Virus record (IMG/VR): IMGVR_UViG_2663763270_000002
DNA from: an uncultured virus (IMG/VR IMGVR_UViG_2663763270_000002)
Lineage: Duplodnaviria; Heunggongvirae; Uroviricota; Caudoviricetes
Length of the DNA stretch: 64,000 nt
Strand: one strand, 5' to 3'
Numbering within the stretch: position 1 is the stretch's first letter; every line of letters starts with the position of its first letter. Positions 56,637-64,000 of the stretch are shown here, piece by piece. The notes under the pieces were generated by a model. That model made no database searches, was not told the DNA's origin, and worked only from the letters and a program-made list of their open reading frames with translations. Both the position numbers and the translations under genes were made by a program.

Positions 56637-57290
56637 CTATTCGAGTACACCGTCCGGGAGGCTGGCGCCGATCGCCGCCGCGAGACCGAGGAAATGCTCG
56701 GGCGCCCAGTTGGTGTCGCAGGCTTGGCAGACAGCCGAGGACTTGGTCGCCCGCAACGCTGCTCGCCGCACCATCTCCCCTGCCTCGTCCTCGACGAGCA
56801 CGGTGGTTTCACCGCAGGCGGGGCAGGCCGCGGTGAGTTCCCACGTGTGGAGGGGCTCGGCGGGGAGGAGGGTGTCGATGCGGTCGACCCAGCCCAGAAT
56901 GATGCGGGTCATGACGTTCAGACCGGGTAGGTCTTGGGGCCGCCAGGGGTGGTCGGTGAGGGCGTGGAGTCGTCGGATGGTGGCGGGTTGGCGTGGGTCT
57001 CCGGGCGCTGGGGTGGGCCACCATTCGTGGACGGTGCGGTCGATTTGGTCGAGGAGGCTACAGGCGTCGATCCACAGGGGCGGTTTGCTTTTGTAGACGC
57101 CGCGGAGCCCGTTGGTGTCGTGCTGGGCGTGTCGGGCTTCGGTGAGTTCGGTGTAGCGGCCGTCGAGGATGATGTGTCGGGTGGTGTTGTCGTCGGTGAT
57201 GGTGTCGGGGCGGTGGCCGACGAGGGCGTGCACGGCGTCGGTGAATGCGACGACGGCGCCGGCGAGAAGTTCAGCCGTGTACTCGCTCAT
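56637..57290 (-). CDS. Zinc-ribbon protein, possible phage transcription regulator
   Basis: SKPPLWIDA; CPAC..CQAC..W. Confidence 0.7.
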   Translation of the reverse strand: MSEYTAELLAGAVVAFTDAVHALVGHRPDTITDDNTTRHIILDGRYTELTEARHAQHDTNGLRGVYKSKPPLWIDACSLLDQIDRTVHEWWPTPAPGDPRQPATIRRLHALTDHPWRPQDLPGLNVMTRIILGWVDRIDTLLPAEPLHTWELTAACPACGETTVLVEDEAGEMVRRAALRATKSSAVCQACDTNWAPEHFLGLAAAIGASLPDGVLE

Positions 57291-58302
57291 CCCTGTGGTC
57301 TCCTTCGTCCTCGACCTGTTTGCGGGCTTCGCGTTCGCGTTGCGCCCGCTCGCGTTCATTGATGACTCGACGGCCCGTCGATTCGAGGCGAGCGGCAGTG
57401 ATCTCGTGAGCAGCGCGCTCGTCCTCCAGCGCTTTACGCAATGCCGCGATCCGGGCTGGAAGTCGTGTTCGAAGCGGTCGGCGAGTTCGTCTGCGTGGGC
57501 GAGGATGCTGGCCGCGCTGTAGTCGCCGTCGAGGATGTCGCGGGGATGTTTCCGGTCGCGGTGTTCGCGTGGTCGGGGCCGGTTCAGCATTGGCAGTCCG
57601 TCCAGTGGAGTCCGCAGGCGGTGCAGTGGTCGCGGTCGTCGAGCCAGTCCGCCATGTCGTCGTAGTCGTCAAGCAAGGCCGTCGCGCGCCCTCTCACGCT
57701 CTTGCTGCTCATCTCGGAGACGGGCGAGGGCGACCTTGGTGGCCCGGCCGAGTCGCCACGACCAGTAGATCGAGCAGGCGCTGACAGCAACGGCGGCAAT
57801 CGAAACGGCGATGGACAGAACCGCGATCAACACAGCTACTCCTGGTCTCCGAGTAGGTCCTTGGTTGTGAGTGGACGTCGTGTGTGCATGAGCGCGTGGA
57901 CGACTTGCAGTGCGCGGATATCGGCGGCAGCGAGTGGTGGACCATCCCATAGTTCGCAGCCGTGGGATACGCAGGTGATGCGCACTCGCGCCCGGCTACT
58001 CATCGGCGAGGACGTCGTTGATGCCTGTGGACGATGCCACCAGGCGACCAAGAATAGGAGGCAGGCACACAAGCCACGCAACAAACACTGCCAGCAACGC
58101 CACACCGCTAATCGCAATCCGGTTCATCGGGCTCGAACTCGCAATCCATGTCGTAGAAATCCCCCAGATCGTCGGGCAAGAATGGGTCATCGCCGTACTC
58201 GACCGGGCTGTTCAAGCCGCTCATCGGTTTCTCCCTTGCCTCGTTAATTCAAGGCTAACCGACCACGTCAACCTGAGAATTCACGCCGAAACCGATACCG
58301 TT

Positions 58303-58770
58303 TCACGGCCGCCATTCGTCGCGATAATCCGAGTGGCCTCCCCAGATGGAGGCGATATACCGCACTGTCTGGCACGGCCAGCCCGGACCAGCCGCATACC
58401 CGTCACCGTGACAGGGGTCGCACCAGGCGACCGGCATATACTTCGACGGCGGCCGACATTCGTGCAGCGCCAACAACGCTCGAAACACCTGCGCCAGCCC
58501 GTACACGCGCGCAGGATCGAACTCCGCGATCAACGACGCAACATCGACACTACGCGGACCCCCACCCCACTCCCCCTCGCACATCGGCGGATTCCGCCCA
58601 TTCACCGAAACTAGGTCTCGGAACTCGTCAAGCTCCCACCGCTCGGGCTCCCACGGCGGTCGCTTGGCCGGATACTTCACCGTCACCCGCCGCAACTCTG
58701 TCGAATCCCTGGCCAGCGCCTCCCACTCCCTGAGCCTGGCCTCGATGAATTCCGCGATTTCGACTGTCAT
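58303..58770 (-). CDS. DUF6221-family protein
   Basis: IAEFIEARL..DPARV..WPC.T...A..W..H.DY..EW.P. Confidence 0.75.
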   Translation of the reverse strand: MTVEIAEFIEARLREWEALARDSTELRRVTVKYPAKRPPWEPERWELDEFRDLVSVNGRNPPMCEGEWGGGPRSVDVASLIAEFDPARVYGLAQVFRALLALHECRPPSKYMPVAWCDPCHGDGYAAGPGWPCQTVRYIASIWGGHSDYRDEWRP

Positions 58771-58798
58771 TGGTCCACCCAAGATCTCGCCTGGCAGC

Positions 58799-59620
58799 TC
58801 AACCGGCAATTTCACACACAGCCGCAGAGTTCCGTCCGACGATCCGGCCGCCACGTTCCCACCACGCCAGATATGTGTCGATCAGCCACCGGTTGATGCG
58901 CGCCAAGTCCGGCTCAGGCGGCAGGTCCGCATGCAGCGACAGGTGGTTCAACTGCGCCAGCAGGTCCGCAGCCCGTTCCAACGCTTCCTCTTTCGTGTGC
59001 AGCCCGTGCCGCAGCTCCGTCAGCCACGCCCGCTCAGGTTCCGGCATCGGCAACGTGATCCGCCCCGTGGTCAGTAGCTCCACACCCTGCACACCCAACC
59101 TGACCATGTGATAGGCGAACTTTGCGTCGAATCCGTACACGTCCACCAGCTCGGGCCGGTTCGTGTGTTTCTTCGACTTCACGCCCAGCATCTGGTCTCG
59201 CTGCGACATGAGGTAGCCGGCGAACCGGTCCGCGACCTGCCGGGACAGGAACCGGTCGGGGTGGGCTTGAAGATCGCGGCCGACGTGGCTGGTAACCACG
59301 ATTTCCTGTTCGGGGATGAACATCAGCAGCAACACGGTGGGGTTTCCTTGCGCGGCCAGTCGCGCCCATTTCCGCAGCGAGTACACGGTCAGGTCGAGGT
59401 CACCGGCACCCGAACGCACGCCTTCCGGTTGGGTTCGGAAAATGTACTGCTCGAACCGGTCTAGCCCGATCACGTATTCGGGAGGCTCGATGCACACGCC
59501 CATTTCGTCGCGGTCGTCGGCGCCGGTGGTGACGCCGTGGAGCCCGGACCCGACCTGACCGCGCAGGACCGTATTCTGGTTCGCGATCCGCTGAAATTCG
59601 GCGCTGCCGTGAACGCTCAT
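58799..59620 (-). CDS. DNA pol-beta superfamily nucleotidyltransferase (RlaP-like)
   Basis: GSGLHG..DDRD.MG, GNP..L, RPELV..GFD.K..H..RL. Confidence 0.88.
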   Translation of the reverse strand: MSVHGSAEFQRIANQNTVLRGQVGSGLHGVTTGADDRDEMGVCIEPPEYVIGLDRFEQYIFRTQPEGVRSGAGDLDLTVYSLRKWARLAAQGNPTVLLLMFIPEQEIVVTSHVGRDLQAHPDRFLSRQVADRFAGYLMSQRDQMLGVKSKKHTNRPELVDVYGFDAKFAYHMVRLGVQGVELLTTGRITLPMPEPERAWLTELRHGLHTKEEALERAADLLAQLNHLSLHADLPPEPDLARINRWLIDTYLAWWERGGRIVGRNSAAVCEIAG

Positions 59621-59642
59621 CTGATTTTGTCCTCCCACGTAA

Positions 59643-59675
59643 ACTGCCCGGTCACCTCAACGGTAACCGGGCAGT
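59643..59675. terminator. Hairpin after the moron gene
   Basis: ACTGCCCGGT..ACCGGGCAGT. Confidence 0.55.
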
Positions 59676-59693
59676 CAACCTGGTAACGCAGGT

Positions 59694-60359
59694 CTATGCG
59701 ATATGGAACTTGGTGAGCACCTCTTTCTCGTCTTGCCCTGCACCCAACGTCTTCAACTTGAACTTGATGCCATCCGGTTCCGCCCCGCCGTTCTGCAGAA
59801 GCTCATCTACATGCGGGAAGATCGGAAAGTCGAACGTGAACGCTCCCGGACCGTCGATCTCCTTCCGGAACAGACCCTCGCATAATATGTTGTCCCAATC
59901 ATCATTGGGGTTGCAGCCGTGGATGGGCGTCTTTTCCGCTAGTTCAGTTGCCCATGCCATGCGGCCCCCACCTAACTGAAGGCCGATGTCCTCGACCGAC
60001 ACCTTCTGGGGGCCACTATTCTTGACGGTCAACCGAATGTAGCTGGGCTGCGTTCGAAGCATGTTGTCGGTGAGTTTGCCTTCGGTCTGAATCTTCTGTT
60101 TGCCGGGCTCGTCCTTGTCAGGACCGCTGAAGACCGCCTCAACCGTGACATTGCCTTGGTTGCCCTGGATGCTGATCTGGTTGGACTCGTCAGTTTGTCT
60201 CAGATTGACCCAGCCGAAATAGACCCCCGAGATCACTACGATTGTCGTGGCAGCCCCCGCCAGGAAGGGTTTCGCCTTGTCTAGGAGGCTCGGGGCCGGG
60301 GCCGCCATCATCCTTCTCAGTTTCCGCTTCTCCGCGTCGGTCAACTCTGGTTCAGCCAT
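59694..60359 (-). CDS. Single-pass membrane protein (moron-like)
   Basis: TM AGAATTIVVISGVYFGW; Lys-rich beta domain; visibly lower GC. Confidence 0.65.
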   Translation of the reverse strand: MAEPELTDAEKRKLRRMMAAPAPSLLDKAKPFLAGAATTIVVISGVYFGWVNLRQTDESNQISIQGNQGNVTVEAVFSGPDKDEPGKQKIQTEGKLTDNMLRTQPSYIRLTVKNSGPQKVSVEDIGLQLGGGRMAWATELAEKTPIHGCNPNDDWDNILCEGLFRKEIDGPGAFTFDFPIFPHVDELLQNGGAEPDGIKFKLKTLGAGQDEKEVLTKFHIA

Positions 60360-60489
60360 GCCCGTCCCCGTTCGCATCATGTTTGGCTGCAAGGGGTTTG
60401 AGCCTAACGGCTGATTCCATGAGACGCACCGGTTTCTACCTGAAGCAACCGAGAAGCTACTTACGGTGTCGGCCCAACTGCGGGACCGG

Positions 60490-61635
60490 TCACGCCGGAA
60501 TCCGCACGGGCATCAGCATGTACACGAATGGACCAGACAGCGCAGCGAACCCGCCACTGCTCTCCTTCACCTCGACGTCGCCGCTGGGCACCAGCACGGC
60601 GGGCCGCGTCGGCGTCGTGAACCCGAACATAACACTAATCGAATGCAACGCCGTCAACCCGTCCATCAGATAGCCCGGGTTGAACGCAATCGTCAGCGGC
60701 TCGCCCCGGAACTCGGCGGGCACCGCTTCCTCGGCGCGGCCCGCATCGTCGCCGCCAGCGGACAGCAGCAATCCGTCCTCGCTGAACTCCAGCCGCACCT
60801 GTGCGCCCCGCTCGGCGACGAGCGCCACACGCTTGATCGCGTCCACGAGATCCGGGACGAACACAGTCGCCACTGACGCGTGCTCCTTCGGCAGCAACTG
60901 CCGGAACTTCGGGAACTCGGCATCCAGCAGGCGTGTGGTGGTGCGGCGGCGGGCGTTCACCAGTCCGAACATGCTGTCGTCGATCGCCAACCGGGCGGGC
61001 GCCGCCGATTCCAGCGCCTTCACCGCTTCGGCGAGAGTCCGGGCGGGAACCAGAACCTGGGTTTCGACACTCGGGTCGGTCGGCGACCATTCGAGCGTAC
61101 GCACCGCCAACCGGTACCGGTCGGTCGCCGCCAACGTCACCTCGGCGCCGTCGATTTCGACGCGGATACCGGTCAGCATCGGCAGGGTGTCGTCCCGGCC
61201 GGCCGCCACAGCGACCTGGCTGACAGCGGTCGCGAACAGGTCCGCGGCCAGCTCTCCGCTCCGGGCGGGGACGTCGGGCAGTTTCGGGTAGTCCTCGACC
61301 GGCATGGTGGGCAGGGAGAACTTCGCGCTGCCGCAGGCGATGAGGACTCGGCTGCCGTCGAAGGTGATGTCGACGGGCTTGTTCGGCAGCGCCTTGGTGA
61401 TGTCGGCGAGCAGCTTCCCCGACACCAGCACTTCGCCGTCGTGGGCGACCTCGGCGGCGATCCGCATTTGCGCGGACACCTCGTAGTCGAAGACGGAGAT
61501 GGTGAGGCCGTCGTCGTCGGCGCGCAGGTGGGCGCCGCCGAGCACGGGGACGGGTGGGCGGCTCGGGAGGCTACGCGCTACCCAGGTGGCTGCGTCTGCG
61601 AGGTCGCCGCGGGCGACGCGGAATCGGATGCTCAT
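60490..61635 (-). CDS. dnaN: DNA polymerase III beta sliding clamp
   Basis: [44 protein letters not shown]. Confidence 0.96.
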   Translation of the reverse strand: MSIRFRVARGDLADAATWVARSLPSRPPVPVLGGAHLRADDDGLTISVFDYEVSAQMRIAAEVAHDGEVLVSGKLLADITKALPNKPVDITFDGSRVLIACGSAKFSLPTMPVEDYPKLPDVPARSGELAADLFATAVSQVAVAAGRDDTLPMLTGIRVEIDGAEVTLAATDRYRLAVRTLEWSPTDPSVETQVLVPARTLAEAVKALESAAPARLAIDDSMFGLVNARRRTTTRLLDAEFPKFRQLLPKEHASVATVFVPDLVDAIKRVALVAERGAQVRLEFSEDGLLLSAGGDDAGRAEEAVPAEFRGEPLTIAFNPGYLMDGLTALHSISVMFGFTTPTRPAVLVPSGDVEVKESSGGFAALSGPFVYMLMPVRIPA

Positions 61636-61862
61636 CGGGCCTTCTTGGTCGGGGTGGGCTTTTTGATGGCGGGCTTCTTCTGGTGGTGGTCGTCGAAGTC
61701 GGGCTCCCACTCGTAGCCAGGCGTGTCGGCGGCGCAGTAGGAGTCGGCGACTCGTGTGTCGGTGTCGTCGTGTTCGCACCAGCGGTCGTCGCCGCAGGCG
61801 GTGAGCCCGAGCGCTGCCAGCGTGACGGCGGCGGCCACAGCGAGGGCCTTCATCGAGGTCAT
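61632..61862 (-). CDS. Small lipoprotein
   Basis: Signal peptide with lipobox LTAC. Confidence 0.65.
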   Translation of the reverse strand: MTSMKALAVAAAVTLAALGLTACGDDRWCEHDDTDTRVADSYCAADTPGYEWEPDFDDHHQKKPAIKKPTPTKKAR

Positions 61863-62140
61863 TCCGGGTCTCCTGTGGTGCTGCGTTGCCAGATGGAGGC
61901 GACCCCGCCGTGGGATCGGGTGGTGGTCGCGGATACGCCGGCCTTTTCGATGACGCCTGCCCGCCACAGCCGTTGCACCATCGGACCGAAGCGCCGGGGT
62001 TCGGCCATGTCGGGCCAGCCCGCGGCTCGCATTCGCGCGTAGATATCGGCGTTCGCGAAGCGGGTGCCCGCGGGCAGGTCGCGGATCAGCTTTTCCGCGC
62101 GTTCGAGGTAGGCGAAGTCGGGGGGTGCAGTGGCGGTCAT
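61859..62140 (-). CDS. Hypothetical protein (winged-helix-like)
   Basis: Coupled ORF; PRRFG..G.I..SH...W. Confidence 0.55.
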   Translation of the reverse strand: MTATAPPDFAYLERAEKLIRDLPAGTRFANADIYARMRAAGWPDMAEPRRFGPMVQRLWRAGVIEKAGVSATTTRSHGGVASIWQRSTTGDPE

Positions 62141-62439
62141 CGCAGCAGATCCTGTTCATCCTCGAAGTAGGTGACCCGCGGCTCAGATGCCTCGACGAGG
62201 ACGAGGCGGCGGGCGTGGGTGATCCAGTTGGGTGAGATGTGTGAGCCAAGACCGAACCCCGCGGGTGGAAGCAGCTCGAACAATCGGTGCCCGTCCGTGA
62301 CGTCGTGCGGCAGCACCATCGCCAGGCAGTGGGTGAATGACCTGCCGTACGGGTATTGGCCGCTGATGTCCCAGATAGACTGGGGTTCTGCGGTCAGCCA
62401 CGGCTTGCGTACGAGCGTGAGCATGTCGCGATCGGTCAT
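62137..62439 (-). CDS. Hypothetical protein
   Basis: Coupled ORF. Confidence 0.55.
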   Translation of the reverse strand: MTDRDMLTLVRKPWLTAEPQSIWDISGQYPYGRSFTHCLAMVLPHDVTDGHRLFELLPPAGFGLGSHISPNWITHARRLVLVEASEPRVTYFEDEQDLLR

Positions 62440-62659
62440 TGGTCATCTCCTACGATTTGCCAGACGCCGTATTGGACGCGGCGTTTCTCTACGACGACGG
62501 CGAATCCGGCCTTTCGGAGCCCGTTGCGTTTCTCCCGCCACAGCGCCGAGTCGGAGAGAAGCACGTACTCCTCCCCCGTGCCGGGGTCGAGGTAGGTGAT
62601 CCGGTATTCGTCACGTGACGTCGCAGGCGAGGACGGCGGCGGTGTTACGGATTCGCTGT

Positions 62660-63127
62660 TCACGCGTTCACCGTCCGAAGCCCGCCGGTCTTGGACCAAC
62701 GGTCATGCATGACCAGGCTCCCGGCGACGGCCACGTTCAGCGACCACGGCGACGGGGACGGGATCTGCACGACGTGGTGGCAGCGGTCGAGCACGGCAGC
62801 GGGCAGCCCGTGATCCTCGGCGCCGAGCAGGTACAGCGCGCGGACCGGGTGGGGGAACTCGTGGAGGGAGACAGCGCGGTCGTCGAGTTCGACCCCGACG
62901 AGCGGGCAACCGTACGGCAGGTGTGCGATCAGGTCGTCGATGTCGTGGTAATGGTGCAGTGGGATCGCGTTGTGCGCTCTGCACGTGTCGGAGGCTTGCG
63001 GCTTGTACCGCGATCCGATGGTGGCGAGCATCGACGCCTGATACGTCATCGCGGACCGCCACAGCGTGCCGACATTCACTTCATGCTTCGGATGCCACAC
63101 GGCGACGCCATAGAATCCTGTCGTCAT
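62660..63127 (-). CDS. TrmH/SpoU-family SPOUT RNA methyltransferase
   Basis: NVGTLWRSA, LLGAEDHGL, VQIP..SLNVAVAGSLVM. Confidence 0.92.
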   Translation of the reverse strand: MTTGFYGVAVWHPKHEVNVGTLWRSAMTYQASMLATIGSRYKPQASDTCRAHNAIPLHHYHDIDDLIAHLPYGCPLVGVELDDRAVSLHEFPHPVRALYLLGAEDHGLPAAVLDRCHHVVQIPSPSPWSLNVAVAGSLVMHDRWSKTGGLRTVNA

Positions 63128-63561
63128 GATGCCGCCTCTTCCGTTGTGCTGTAGGTGATTTCGATCCACATGCGCCCGCCTTCGCCCTTCACGGCTGGGT
63201 GGATGAGCGGTTCCGGCTTGGCCATCCACTGCGGGGTGTCGTCGAGCACGAGCCCGTACCCGGGTACCGTGCCGCGTTTGGATGCGCGCGAAACGGTGAG
63301 GGCGTCGGCGATCGGTTTGAGCGTCGCGACGAGGTTGTCGGTGTCGCGGCGGCGGTTGTCGCGCGGCTGATAGTGCAACTGCACTGCGGCGTGCGCGACG
63401 AGCCGCGGGAGCTTGGCCTGCGTGGCGAGAGCGATGATGGTTTCGCGGATCTCGCGGGTTTTCGCAGCTTTCGCCATCGCGGCGCCGCGCGTGTACCCGC
63501 GGTCGTTCATCGACAGCGGCGGCGACGTCCACGGCAGATCGATACGCACCAGGGCGGTCAC
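63124..63561 (-). CDS. RusA-like resolvase
   Basis: PPLSMN..RRRDTDN..LK...DAL..DD. Confidence 0.8.
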   Translation of the reverse strand: MTALVRIDLPWTSPPLSMNDRGYTRGAAMAKAAKTREIRETIIALATQAKLPRLVAHAAVQLHYQPRDNRRRDTDNLVATLKPIADALTVSRASKRGTVPGYGLVLDDTPQWMAKPEPLIHPAVKGEGGRMWIEITYSTTEEAAS

Positions 63562-63809
63562 AGTGGCCTCCAGGTGAGGTAGTCGGCGAGCTGGGTGAAG
63601 GCTTGTTCGCAGCCGCCGCAGTTGATTGGTATGGGGCGTGGGAATCGGTCGGCGATGGCGGTGAGGCAGGCGCGGCAGGCGAACGCCTGGTGGCAGCCGT
63701 GCCAGTCGGCCCAGTAGTCGGCGGTGGGTGCGGGGGCGAAGGGGCCGAATTCGTGGATGCGGCTGTCGCAGGTAGGGGTTTCGAGTTTCGGCAGGTCGTG
63801 GATGGTCAC
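63558..63809 (-). CDS. Cys-rich zinc-finger protein
   Basis: HGC..C..C..CGGC; similar partial ORF continues to the window end. Confidence 0.55.
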   Translation of the reverse strand: MTIHDLPKLETPTCDSRIHEFGPFAPAPTADYWADWHGCHQAFACRACLTAIADRFPRPIPINCGGCEQAFTQLADYLTWRPL

Positions 63810-64000
63810 AGCGGCCTCACCGTGATCATGTCGTCGATGGCGCGGGCCACCGTGCCGCAGTGCACGCATTCGAGCTCCCAGCCGTTGCCGAGCCAGAACC
63901 GAAGCTTGGCCATCAGCCGGTTCAGGCAGGTGTCGCAGGCGAGGAAATCGTTGCAGCCGTGCTGGTTGATCCAGTGCCTCGCCACAGCAGGGGCGCCTTT

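Overview
High-GC actinobacterial DNA (probably Nocardia-like Mycobacteriales, inferred from GlyRS/DnaN, the LGFP lysin and the cutinase). Almost the whole window is one siphovirus-type prophage transcribed on the minus strand. From right to left: early/DNA-RNA metabolism genes (RusA-like, TrmH/SpoU, DnaN clamp, pol-beta NTase, phosphoesterase, DUF5131, MazG-like, MTase, Thg1, full-length GlyRS); a non-coding block (palindromic operator, promoter, tRNA mimic without a normal anticodon loop, ~500-nt highly structured RNA, tRNA-Met); an IS3-disrupted HEPN-like gene; terminase, portal, head, tail and lysis modules with morons; and a LexA-box-flanked accessory arm with shuffled Ead/Ea22-like genes and a 12-bp VNTR. 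The leftmost ~3 kb is the lysis/minor-tail end of a second, related phage, joined abruptly to a truncated XRE gene. No integrase or att site is visible. The best candidate for an undescribed system is the tRNA-bracketed structured ncRNA next to phage-borne GlyRS and Thg1. Family names come from motif recognition by eye, not database searches.
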